Below are positions 8,653-17,448 of a stretch of DNA of 32,000 nucleotides, in pieces. Made by a program: the position numbers and the translations under genes. Under the pieces are notes generated by a model. The model did no database searches. It was given only the letters and a program-made list of their open reading frames with translations, and was not told the DNA's origin. Within the stretch, counting starts at the first letter, position 1. Every line of letters starts with the position of its first letter. Source of the stretch: Erysipelotrichaceae bacterium (lineage in GTDB: Bacteria; Bacillota_I; Bacilli_A; Erysipelotrichales; Erysipelotrichaceae); NCBI GenBank assembly GCA_963676105.1, contig OY781039.1, forward strand, positions 1,920,001 through 1,952,000. The letters are read 5' to 3'.

Positions 8653-9690
8653 ATGTCTGAAACTATTTTAAGTGTTAAAGACCTTGCCGTTTCCTTCAAA
8701 ACTGTTGCGGGAAAAGTACAAGCGGTTAGAGGTGTTACATTCGACTTACAAAAAGGTGAAACCTTAGCAATTGTTGGTGAATCTGGTTCTGGTAAATCAG
8801 TTACATCAAAAGCAATCATGGGATTGTTAAGCGAAAACTCAATTATTGAATCAGGAACCGTCATTTATCAAGATACTGATTTATTAAAACTTAGCGAAAA
8901 TCAAATCGCAAAATATCGTGGTAAAGATATTGCGATGGTTTTCCAAGATCCAATGACTTCTCTTGATCCAGTTATGACAATTGGCAAGCAAATCACTGAA
9001 TCACTCATCAATAACTTACATATGAGTAAAGAGGATGCGAAAAAACGAGCAATTGAACTTATTGATCTAGTTCGTATTGATAATCCGGAAAAACGTTTTA
9101 AACAATATCCTCACCAATTCTCTGGTGGGATGCGTCAACGTATCGTTATCGCGATTGCATTATCGTGTAATCCAAATATTCTTATTTGTGATGAACCAAC
9201 GACTGCGCTAGATGTTACTACACAAGCTGAAATTCTAGACTTAATTAAAGATCTACAAAGAGACTTAGGTGTTTCCGTTATCTTTATTACTCATGACTTA
9301 GGTGTTGTGGCAAATATGTCTGATCGTGTTGCGGTTATGTATGCAGGTAAAGTGGTAGAAATTGGAACTGTAGATGATGTTTACTATGATCCTCGTCATC
9401 CATACACATGGGGACTATTGGGTTCTATTCCTGCATTCCAATCTAAAGATCATGCTTTATACGCGATTCCTGGAGCTCCTCCACAAATGATTAATCCACC
9501 TGTAGGTGATGCATTTGCAGCACGTAATGAATGGAGTATGAAAGTTGATTTTGAATATCAACCTCCACTCTTTAAAATTACTGACACACACTATGCGGCA
9601 ACTTGGTTACTACATCCAAATGCCCCAAAACAGGGTCGTCCAGAACTTCTCCAAGAGAGAATTGATCAATTATTGAAAGGAGCTAAGTAA
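8653..9690 (+). CDS. oppD: Peptide ABC transporter ATP-binding protein
   Basis: Walker A GESGSGKS, signature FSGGMRQR, Walker B ICDEPTTALD, plus an oligopeptide-type C-terminal extension. Confidence 0.9.
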   Translation: MSETILSVKDLAVSFKTVAGKVQAVRGVTFDLQKGETLAIVGESGSGKSVTSKAIMGLLSENSIIESGTVIYQDTDLLKLSENQIAKYRGKDIAMVFQDPMTSLDPVMTIGKQITESLINNLHMSKEDAKKRAIELIDLVRIDNPEKRFKQYPHQFSGGMRQRIVIAIALSCNPNILICDEPTTALDVTTQAEILDLIKDLQRDLGVSVIFITHDLGVVANMSDRVAVMYAGKVVEIGTVDDVYYDPRHPYTWGLLGSIPAFQSKDHALYAIPGAPPQMINPPVGDAFAARNEWSMKVDFEYQPPLFKITDTHYAATWLLHPNAPKQGRPELLQERIDQLLKGAK

Positions 9691-9691
9691 A

Positions 9692-10633
9692 ATGGAAAAA
9701 ACACCTTTACTCTCAGTCAATAATTTAAAACAACACTTCAAACTGGATCGTAAAACTGTGGTTAAAGCAGTTGATGGAATTTCGTTCGATATTTTTGAAG
9801 GTGAAACGTTCGGTTTAGTTGGTGAATCTGGTTCAGGTAAAACAACTACAGGTCGTTCAATTATTCGTCTATATGACATTACAGATGGCGAAGTTGAATT
9901 CCATGGTGAAAAAGCTTCCGGTAAAATTGGTAAAGAAACAAAGCAATATTTTGAACGAAATATGCAAATGATTTTCCAAGATCCAATGGCTTGTTTAAAT
10001 CCTCGTATGAACGTCAGTGATATTATTGCCGAAGGGATTGATATTCATAACTTAGCCAAGGATAAAAAAGAACGATCTGAAATGGTTTATGCCATTTTAG
10101 AAAAAGTTGGTTTATCACGTGAACATGCAGGTCGTTATCCGCATGAATTCTCAGGTGGTCAGCGTCAACGTATTGGCATAGCGCGCGCTTTAATCACAAA
10201 TCCTAAATTGGTTATTTGTGATGAACCGATTTCAGCCCTTGATGTATCGATTCAATCGCAAGTGGTTAACTTACTTAAGAGTCTACAAAAAGAATTGGGT
10301 TTAACTTATTTATTCATTGCCCATGACTTAAGTATGGTTCGCTATATTTCTGACCGTATTGCAGTTATGCACAAAGGAAAAATTGTAGAACTAGCAGCTG
10401 CAGAAGAACTTTACAACAATCCACTTCATCCATATACAAAATCACTCATGTCTGCAATTCCAACACCTGATCCTAGAAGTGAGAAAATGCGTTCACGTTT
10501 CTCTTATGATCCAAGTGTTCATGATTACAGTACTGAAGAACCAACAATGCATGAAGTAAAAGAAAATCATTTCATTTACTGTAGTGAAACAGAATTCAAA
10601 CAATACCAAAAGGAAATCAAGGGAGAGAAATAG
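9692..10633 (+). CDS. oppF: Peptide ABC transporter ATP-binding protein
   Basis: Walker A GESGSGKTT, signature FSGGQRQR, Walker B ICDEPISALD. Confidence 0.9.
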   Translation: MEKTPLLSVNNLKQHFKLDRKTVVKAVDGISFDIFEGETFGLVGESGSGKTTTGRSIIRLYDITDGEVEFHGEKASGKIGKETKQYFERNMQMIFQDPMACLNPRMNVSDIIAEGIDIHNLAKDKKERSEMVYAILEKVGLSREHAGRYPHEFSGGQRQRIGIARALITNPKLVICDEPISALDVSIQSQVVNLLKSLQKELGLTYLFIAHDLSMVRYISDRIAVMHKGKIVELAAAEELYNNPLHPYTKSLMSAIPTPDPRSEKMRSRFSYDPSVHDYSTEEPTMHEVKENHFIYCSETEFKQYQKEIKGEK

Positions 10634-10645
10634 TCTCCCTTTTTC
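10621..10645 (+). terminator. Terminator of the opp operon (overlaps the oppF stop codon)
   Basis: GGGAGA(10621-10626)-gaaatag-TCTCCC(10634-10639) followed by TTTTTC. Confidence 0.7.
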
Positions 10646-10676
10646 TTTAGGATAGCGTATAATTATAAACGCAGTG

Positions 10677-10764
10677 GAGGAATACCCAAGTGGTTGAAGG
10701 GGTCGGTTTCGAAAACCGATAGGAGTGCAAGCTCGCGCGGGTTCAAATCCTGCTTCCTCCGCCA
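10677..10764 (+). tRNA. tRNA-Ser (anticodon CGA), encoded CCA end
   Basis: Hand-folded cloverleaf. Acceptor GGAGGAA/TTCCTCC; anticodon stem TCGGT/ACCGA with loop TTCGAAA; long variable arm (class II); T arm GCGGG-TTCAAAT-CCTGC; discriminator G plus CCA. TATAAT at 10658-10663 lies upstream. Confidence 0.9.
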
Positions 10765-10780
10765 TATACATAAATAGGAT

Positions 10781-10806
10781 AAAAAGCATGTGTTTCGTGC
10801 TTTTTA
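10781..10806 (+). terminator. Terminator after tRNA-Ser
   Basis: AAAAAGCATG-tgttt-CGTGCTTTTT: a stem with one G-U pair and A/T extension, followed by a T-run. Confidence 0.6.
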
Positions 10807-10952
10807 TGTGAATAAATTGTATAATGTCACAAAGTGAAAAATAGAAAAAATATAATTGTGAATGAAAGCGTTTTTATATATGCATTCAAGCTTAAGTCTC
10901 CTTGTATTTTGATTTTTACAGGAGTATCATAAAATAGTTGTAAGAGGTAGAA

Positions 10953-11273
10953 ATGATGAAAGATGGTATTCGTAGCGTCATCGACGCAGACCTTGAAGGT
11001 CAAGAACGTTTAAATGTTAAACTAGAAGAAACATCAAAAGCGCTTGATGACATTCAACGCGATAAATTAAATATTCAATCACAAGTTTGGGAAGATGCAA
11101 AAGCGCATCTTGAAACTGAAAAGAACCGATTAAATAATGGTTTAAAAGTTGCAGAAGAATTAGCAGAAAAAGATTTTAAGGCATCTTTAAAGAAATTTGA
11201 AGATCGTTTTAATGCGAACAAAGATCAATGGGCACAAGATATTTATGAGGCTTGTGTAGGGGATAATAAGTAA
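10953..11273 (+). CDS. Small coiled-coil protein, probable V/A-type ATPase peripheral-stalk subunit (G/H-like)
   Basis: 106 aa, highly charged with heptad-like character. First gene of the V-ATPase operon, 1 nt before subunit C. The call rests on position and composition only. Confidence 0.5.
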   Translation: MMKDGIRSVIDADLEGQERLNVKLEETSKALDDIQRDKLNIQSQVWEDAKAHLETEKNRLNNGLKVAEELAEKDFKASLKKFEDRFNANKDQWAQDIYEACVGDNK

Positions 11274-11274
11274 A

Positions 11275-12315
11275 ATGGGACGTAGTGCTTCTTCAGCTAT
11301 GGCAACTAAAGCCATCGCAATGTATGGTCACCATTTAAAAGAAGCAGATTATGTTGAACTACTTCGAAAGAATACGGTTCAGGAAATTGCCGGATATTTA
11401 AAAGCTGAAACGGCTTTTAGATCATCACTAAAAGGGATTACTGAGAATACCATTCATCGAGGTTTTTTAGAAACGCTTGTAAGACAAGAATTCTATATTG
11501 ATTTCATTAAACTGATTCGTTATGGTGATCCAAGTAAAAAAGATTTCTATCGATTTGGCATTGTTCAAATTGAGATTAAACAAATCTTGGTTGCGATAAG
11601 AGCACTAACTGAACATGATCGAACTAATCAATTAGCTCAGTTACCATTATTTGCGAAAAAAATGATGAGTTTCGAGTTAGAGAAACTGGTCAAGGTATTT
11701 AGCTTTGATGATTTGTTAAATGTTTTGAAAAATACCGATTACTATAGAATCTTATTACCCTTAAAACCAATTATAGGTAATGAAGAAATTGATTATGTGG
11801 CTTGTGAATTAGCATTAAAGAATTATTTCTTTGATTTAATGAATAAGTTAATCGAAACTAAGTTTAGTGGAAAAGATAAACAATTACTCTTGGATGTCTT
11901 TAATTCACGCATTGAATTAGAACATCTTACATATATTTATCGTTTAAAGAAATACTTTAAATTAAGCTCAAGTGAAATTAAAGAATACATAAAACCTATA
12001 TCTGTTCATATTCCTAAAAAGAAAACCATGCATTGGGTTGAAACAGGTGAAGCTGAAGATATTTTGGAGTTATTGAAAAATTCATACTATCATATTGAGT
12101 TTGATTTACATGATTTAGGTCATATTGAGAATATAGTTGATCGTGTACAGTTTAAACAAAATCGAAAAATGTTACGACATACTGGGAATGCAGAAATCGT
12201 TCTCATCGCATATATGAATCTACTTGAAGTGCAGATTCAAAATATTATCGACATCATTGAAGGTGTGCGCTATCACATCAATCGAGACCGTTTGTCGAAG
12301 ATATTGATTTATTAG
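11275..12315 (+). CDS. ntpC: V/A-type ATPase subunit C (eukaryotic d homologue)
   Basis: 346 aa; size, all-helical character and operon position fit. The N-terminus (AIAMYGHHLKEADYVELL) is typical of the family. Confidence 0.75.
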   Translation: MGRSASSAMATKAIAMYGHHLKEADYVELLRKNTVQEIAGYLKAETAFRSSLKGITENTIHRGFLETLVRQEFYIDFIKLIRYGDPSKKDFYRFGIVQIEIKQILVAIRALTEHDRTNQLAQLPLFAKKMMSFELEKLVKVFSFDDLLNVLKNTDYYRILLPLKPIIGNEEIDYVACELALKNYFFDLMNKLIETKFSGKDKQLLLDVFNSRIELEHLTYIYRLKKYFKLSSSEIKEYIKPISVHIPKKKTMHWVETGEAEDILELLKNSYYHIEFDLHDLGHIENIVDRVQFKQNRKMLRHTGNAEIVLIAYMNLLEVQIQNIIDIIEGVRYHINRDRLSKILIY

Positions 12316-12325
12316 GAGATATAAC

Positions 12326-14293
12326 ATGGCAATAGAAAAAATGCGCCTGCTTCGCTTAGCAGGAACAAAAGACAATATTGAAGAATTCGTATTACATGCC
12401 TTTGCGACTTATGACTTACATGCTGAGTTAGCATCTAAAGTTGTCAATGAAGGTAATGGTGGAAAACTCATGCCTGAGGATTCACGCTATGCAGAATTCT
12501 TAAATCGTATTGAAAATATTATTTCTCATTTACATGCAGAAGTACGGTGTGCTTATGATGGACATTCATTCTTCACAATTGATGAGATTGAACATGAGAT
12601 CCATGAAGCAGAAGTTAATTTCGAAAAGATTACTGAAACGAAACTTGGTCAATCTAAATTATCTAAAGAAGATTTACAAGCGATTTCTAAACTTCGTGAA
12701 TTTGATATCTCAGATTTAAATCATACTCAGTTTATAGGGATTCACTTTGGTAAAATTCCTGTAAATTCTTTAGAGAAATTAGATTTATATGAATTAAACT
12801 CGGCGTTTACTGTACATACATTAGTTGAGAATGATTACTATGCGTGGATCTTAGTGATGTGTATGACTGAAAAACATGAAATGATTGGCAATTTCTTAAC
12901 ATCTTTATATTTTGAACCAATTGCAGTGCCTAAGTTTGATGATGAGAAATTATCCTTCGATTGTGAATCAAGACTAGGACGCATCTATGGATTTGTTCAC
13001 TATAAAGCAGATATTCGTAAATACTATAAATATATTGCGGTCTTTGGTGAAACCTATGTTATTACAGGGTTTGTGCCGGAAAAGAATGTTCAATATTATA
13101 AATCACTCTTTGGCGATCTGCATAATGTGGTTATTGAAGATAAACCACCAACCCGAGAAGATGAAGGGGCAGAAAGCTTAATTGTTAAAAAGGAAGATGA
13201 TGAAGGGCATGTCCTTCGAGTCAAGAACGTAACCACCGAAACCGGAGATGTTGAAGAATTCAAGGTACAAGATTTCCCAGCTGGAATGGAAGAAGGACTA
13301 GAACCTCCAACTGTTCTTAGAAATGGTTGGTTTGCGAAACCATTTGAGCTGTTTGTAGAAATGTATGGATTACCACATTATCATGATTTCGATCCAAGTT
13401 TAGTCTTTGCGATCACCTATAGTTTACTCTTTGGAATTATGTTTGGAGATTTAGGTCAAGGTGTCTTACTCTTTATATTTGGTAGTTTTATGTATAAACG
13501 AAGTGGTGGTCAACTTTGGGCTATTATTCAAAGAATCTCGATTTCTTCTATGGTATTCGGTCTATTATTTGGCTCTGTCTTTGGCTTTGAACATATCTTA
13601 GATCCACTTTATCACTTGCTCGGGTTCCGTGAAAAACCAATTGAAGTTATGAGTAATGCATTTACAATGCCACTTCTACTCAGCGCAGTTGGACTTGGCG
13701 CACTTTTGATTTTTGGAGCGATTGCTTTAAATACCATTTTGAACTTTAGACATAAGAAATATGGTGATGCTTTCTTCAGTCCGAATGGTATTGCAGGACT
13801 TGTGTTCTATGGTTCAATTATTGGATTTATCGTATTGGAAATGGGTTTAGGTTATGAAGTTACAAACTCATTTACGATCGCAATATTCATTGTCTTACCA
13901 CTACTTGTTATCTTATTCCATGCGCCACTTGATAGTGCGATGCATAAAATGAAATATCAACCACATGAAGGATGGGTTGGTTATATTGTCGAAGGTATTT
14001 TTGAACTATTAGAGATTGTGTTAAGTTTCTTAACTAACACTATGAGTTTCCTTCGTGTAGGTGGCTTCGTATTAAGTCACGCCGGAATGATGCTAGTTGT
14101 CATGACTCTTCATGAAATGACTGGTCAATTCGGTATTATTGTTGTAATTCTTGGCAACATCTTCGTGGTGGGCCTTGAAGGCTTAATTGTAGGTATTCAA
14201 ACCCTACGTTTAGAATATAACGAGATGTTTAGCCGATATTTCGAAGGCGGGGGTAAAAAATATATCCCTACAACGCTATTAAACAATGATTAG
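12326..14293 (+). CDS. ntpI: V/A-type ATPase subunit I (a-subunit, stator/ion channel)
   Basis: 655 aa: ~330 aa soluble N-terminal half plus a multi-TM C-terminal half. Contains PPTVLRNGWFAKPFELFVEMYGLPHYHDFDPS and the conserved Arg region MSFLRVGGFVLSHAG. Confidence 0.88.
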   Translation: MAIEKMRLLRLAGTKDNIEEFVLHAFATYDLHAELASKVVNEGNGGKLMPEDSRYAEFLNRIENIISHLHAEVRCAYDGHSFFTIDEIEHEIHEAEVNFEKITETKLGQSKLSKEDLQAISKLREFDISDLNHTQFIGIHFGKIPVNSLEKLDLYELNSAFTVHTLVENDYYAWILVMCMTEKHEMIGNFLTSLYFEPIAVPKFDDEKLSFDCESRLGRIYGFVHYKADIRKYYKYIAVFGETYVITGFVPEKNVQYYKSLFGDLHNVVIEDKPPTREDEGAESLIVKKEDDEGHVLRVKNVTTETGDVEEFKVQDFPAGMEEGLEPPTVLRNGWFAKPFELFVEMYGLPHYHDFDPSLVFAITYSLLFGIMFGDLGQGVLLFIFGSFMYKRSGGQLWAIIQRISISSMVFGLLFGSVFGFEHILDPLYHLLGFREKPIEVMSNAFTMPLLLSAVGLGALLIFGAIALNTILNFRHKKYGDAFFSPNGIAGLVFYGSIIGFIVLEMGLGYEVTNSFTIAIFIVLPLLVILFHAPLDSAMHKMKYQPHEGWVGYIVEGIFELLEIVLSFLTNTMSFLRVGGFVLSHAGMMLVVMTLHEMTGQFGIIVVILGNIFVVGLEGLIVGIQTLRLEYNEMFSRYFEGGGKKYIPTTLLNND

Positions 14294-14305
14294 GAGGAAC
14301 TTTAA

Positions 14306-14752
14306 ATGTTAACATTGTTTCAAATCTTTGGCCCTATGGTCGTAATTGCATTAGTGATGATTCCACTTTATTTCATCTTAAAGGGGAATGTAAATTCTAA
14401 AAATGCAAAGTTTAGAGTATTAACTCAAATTTCAGTTTTCAGTGCTGTTTTTCTTGCTGTATTTTTATTCCAATTAAATGGTTTAGTTGCTCAAGCAGCT
14501 GAAACAACAAGCGCAACAACTGGTTTTGTTGGATCTAACGCTCAAGGTATGGGCTTCTTAGCGGCTGCTTTAGCGACTTCTGCATCAGCCATTGGTGCTG
14601 GTTTAGCGGTTGCATCTGCTGCTCCTGCTGCGATTGGCGCAATCAGTGAAAACAGCGAAAACTTTGGTAAAGCAATGATCTTTGTTGCTTTGGCTGAAGG
14701 GGTTGCGATTTACGGTTTATTAATCTCAATTTTAATTATCAACGCATTATAG
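14306..14752 (+). CDS. ntpK: V/A-type ATPase proteolipid subunit K (c-ring), with atypical N-terminal extension
   Basis: The C-terminal ~70 aa form a Gly/Ala-rich helical hairpin with the carboxylate motif FVALAEGVAIYGLL. Strong SD aggagg lies 8 nt upstream of the ATG at 14306. Confidence 0.85.
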   Translation: MLTLFQIFGPMVVIALVMIPLYFILKGNVNSKNAKFRVLTQISVFSAVFLAVFLFQLNGLVAQAAETTSATTGFVGSNAQGMGFLAAALATSASAIGAGLAVASAAPAAIGAISENSENFGKAMIFVALAEGVAIYGLLISILIINAL

Positions 14753-14760
14753 GAAACGAT

Positions 14761-15069
14761 ATGAAGTTTTATGTAATTAGTGATAATACAGATACGCAAA
14801 TGGGCTTGCGTTTAGCAGGTATCGAAGGTGTTGTTGCGCATACGCGTGATGAAGTGTTAGAGGAGCTCAACAAAGCAATTGCGATGGATGACGTAGCGAT
14901 TATTTTAATGACGACTTTAGCGATTAACACCTGCGCTGATGTGGTCGCTGATTTAAAACTGACACTACAACGTCCACTGATTGTGGAAATTCCAGATCGT
15001 CATGGTAGTGCGAAAATATCAGAAGTGATTGACTCGTATATATCAGAAGCGATTGGCATCAAGATTTAA
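14761..15069 (+). CDS. V/A-type ATPase subunit F
   Basis: 102 aa; MKFYVISDNTDTQMGLRLAGIEG... is a typical subunit F N-terminus. Operon position fits. Confidence 0.8.
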   Translation: MKFYVISDNTDTQMGLRLAGIEGVVAHTRDEVLEELNKAIAMDDVAIILMTTLAINTCADVVADLKLTLQRPLIVEIPDRHGSAKISEVIDSYISEAIGIKI

Positions 15070-15080
15070 GAGGTAGACAC

Positions 15081-15677
15081 ATGGAAGATTTAGAAAAAAG
15101 AACACAAGATTTAGTCGATGAGATTAATCGAAAAGTCGATCAATTGATTGAAGAGTCGAATCAATATTTTGAAGACGAGAAAAAACGTTTAATTACAGAA
15201 TATGAGAACGAAGCACGAGAAGAAACTAGTGTCTATTTAGAACAGGAACTTAATGAACTTAAGATTAATGTTCAACTCAAAGAATCTCAAGCCAAATGGA
15301 AAGCACGTAAAGATTTATTTATTCAACGTCAAACGATGGTCGATGAATTATTTAATGATATTTCTAAAAAATTAATTGCCTATTCACAAAGTACTAAATA
15401 TGATTCTTGGTTAAAAGACTCATTAACAAAAGTGCTTGAAAAAGTAAGTAAAGAAAATCCAGTCGTAATCGAATATAAACCAATTGATCAACCAATGGTT
15501 GAACGTTTATGTAAGGACTATCAAGATGTTGTGACAATTGAAAGTCGTGAAACGATTTTTATTGGTGGTTATATTGTGACTTATACCAATCTTGGATTAG
15601 AGGAAGATAATACCATCGATGTTAAGTTAAAGGATCAGAAGGAATGGTTTGCAATCAATTCCGGTCTAGATTTCTAA
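15081..15677 (+). CDS. ntpE: V/A-type ATPase subunit E (peripheral stalk)
   Basis: 198 aa: a long charged N-terminal helix plus a globular C-terminal domain. Operon position fits. Confidence 0.8.
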   Translation: MEDLEKRTQDLVDEINRKVDQLIEESNQYFEDEKKRLITEYENEAREETSVYLEQELNELKINVQLKESQAKWKARKDLFIQRQTMVDELFNDISKKLIAYSQSTKYDSWLKDSLTKVLEKVSKENPVVIEYKPIDQPMVERLCKDYQDVVTIESRETIFIGGYIVTYTNLGLEEDNTIDVKLKDQKEWFAINSGLDF

Positions 15678-15687
15678 GGAGGGTCAT

Positions 15688-17436
15688 ATGGAAGCTACAG
15701 TCTATTCAATAAACGGACCTGTTGTTAAGGTCAAAGACGTTAAAACATTTCAAATGTTAGAAATGGTTTACGTTGGTGAAAAAGAACTGATGGGTGAGGT
15801 CATTAAAATTGATGATCACTATACGACCATTCAAGTTTATGAAAGTACCACTTCTGTCAAAGTTGGTGAACCTGTTTTTAAAACAGATAATCCACTTAGT
15901 GCTAGTTTAGGTCCTGGTATTATTTCAAATATTTTTGATGGAATTCAAAGACCACTGAAAGAAATGGCTCAAACATCAGGTATGTTTGTTTCGGCTGGAC
16001 GTGGTATTGAATCTTTAGATGATAAACGTAAATGGGAAATTACATTTACAGTTAAAAAAGGTGATGTTTTAAAATCTGGTGAAATCTTTGCGACATGTCC
16101 TGAGACTTCATTGATTGAACATCGATTTTTAGTCCCAAATGGTATTTCTGGTACTGTAACTAGCATTAAAAAAGATGGTTCTTATACCATTAATGAAGAG
16201 CTTATAGTATTGACTGATGATCATGGTTTGACACATCCTTTAACCATGGTTCAAAAATGGCCAATTAGACAAGCACGTCCTACAGCACATCGTAAAGTTA
16301 TTTCGATGCCGCTTATTACTGGGCAACGTGTTATCGATACTTTCTTCCCGATTGCGAAAGGTGGAGCTGCGGCTGTACCTGGAGGCTTTGGAGCTGGTAA
16401 AACAATGACTCAACATCAACTTGCGAAATGGTGTGATGCTGATATTATCGTTTACGTTGGTTGTGGTGAACGTGGAAATGAAATGACTCAAGTTCTTGAA
16501 GAATTCTCAGAACTAGTTGACCCAAAATCACAAAAACCACTAACGGATCGTACAGTGCTTATTGCGAATACATCTAATATGCCTGTTGCGGCTCGTGAAG
16601 CAAGTATTTATACCGGTATTACCTTAGCTGAGTATTATCGTGATATGGGTTATCATGTCGCGCTAATGGCGGATAGTACATCACGTTGGGCTGAAGCCTT
16701 ACGTGAAATCTCAGGTCGTTTAGAAGAAATGCCAGCTGAAGAAGGGTTCCCAGCTTATCTACCTTCACGTATTTCTCAATTCTATGAACGTGCTGGTTAT
16801 GTTGAAACTTTAGCGCATAATGAAGGTTCAGTTACCTTAATTGGTGCTGTTTCTCCACAAGGCGCAGACTTCTCAGAACCTGTTACTCAAAATACAAAAC
16901 GTTTTGTCCGTTCATTTTGGGCATTAGATAAATCATTAGCTTATGGTCGTCACTTTCCAGCGATTAACTGGAATCAATCTTATTCTGAATATTTAGATGA
17001 TTTAAAGAAATGGTTTGATACAAATGTTGATCGTCGTTTTGTTGGTTTACGTCGAGAAATGATAGCGATTTTACATGAAGAAACACAACTCATGGAAATT
17101 GTTAAACTGATTGGTTCTGATGTATTACCAGATGATCAAAAATTAACGCTAGAGGTCTCTCGTGTTATTCGTGTTGGATTCCTTCAACAAAATGCATTCC
17201 ACCCTGAAGATACCTATGTACCTTTGGAAAAACAATTAAAAATGTTGCTGATTATTTCATATCTTAATGAAAAATGTAAAGAAGTTATTGCGGAGAAGAA
17301 ACCAATTCGTTCGATTGTCGAAACAGATATCTTCGAAGATGTGATTAAGATTAAATATGATGTTAAAAATAGTGAACTCGAAGTCCTCGATGGATACTTT
17401 AATAAGATCGATCAAGCACTTGCGAGCATTCAGTAA
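15688..17436 (+). CDS. ntpA: V/A-type ATPase catalytic subunit A
   Basis: 582 aa with P-loop GGFGAGKT, GERGNEM, and the non-homologous region insert typical of A subunits. Length leaves no room for an intein. Confidence 0.95.
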   Translation: MEATVYSINGPVVKVKDVKTFQMLEMVYVGEKELMGEVIKIDDHYTTIQVYESTTSVKVGEPVFKTDNPLSASLGPGIISNIFDGIQRPLKEMAQTSGMFVSAGRGIESLDDKRKWEITFTVKKGDVLKSGEIFATCPETSLIEHRFLVPNGISGTVTSIKKDGSYTINEELIVLTDDHGLTHPLTMVQKWPIRQARPTAHRKVISMPLITGQRVIDTFFPIAKGGAAAVPGGFGAGKTMTQHQLAKWCDADIIVYVGCGERGNEMTQVLEEFSELVDPKSQKPLTDRTVLIANTSNMPVAAREASIYTGITLAEYYRDMGYHVALMADSTSRWAEALREISGRLEEMPAEEGFPAYLPSRISQFYERAGYVETLAHNEGSVTLIGAVSPQGADFSEPVTQNTKRFVRSFWALDKSLAYGRHFPAINWNQSYSEYLDDLKKWFDTNVDRRFVGLRREMIAILHEETQLMEIVKLIGSDVLPDDQKLTLEVSRVIRVGFLQQNAFHPEDTYVPLEKQLKMLLIISYLNEKCKEVIAEKKPIRSIVETDIFEDVIKIKYDVKNSELEVLDGYFNKIDQALASIQ

Positions 17437-17448
17437 GGAGGCGTAAGC

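Noticed and set aside
10493-10789. 98-aa minus-strand ORF
   Set aside because: It is antisense to the oppF 3' end and runs straight through the tRNA-Ser gene, so it is an ORF-caller artefact.
13130-13320. Apparent acidic insertion in subunit I (AESLIVKKEDDEGHVLRVKNVTTETGDVEEFKVQDFPAGMEEG) before the PPT...PFE motif
   Set aside because: The total length (655 aa) is normal for subunit I. Without an alignment I cannot show this is an insertion rather than the usual variable linker.
14306-14752. Calling Na+ versus H+ specificity of the c-ring from the AEG motif
   Set aside because: I cannot reliably recall or align the full set of Na+-ligand positions for V-type K subunits. Presence or absence of Thr/Ser after the Glu is not decisive on its own.
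15688-17436. Possible intein in the V-ATPase A subunit (known in some archaeal and yeast A subunits)
   Set aside because: 582 aa is the normal intein-free length, and the P-loop to GERGNEM region is contiguous.
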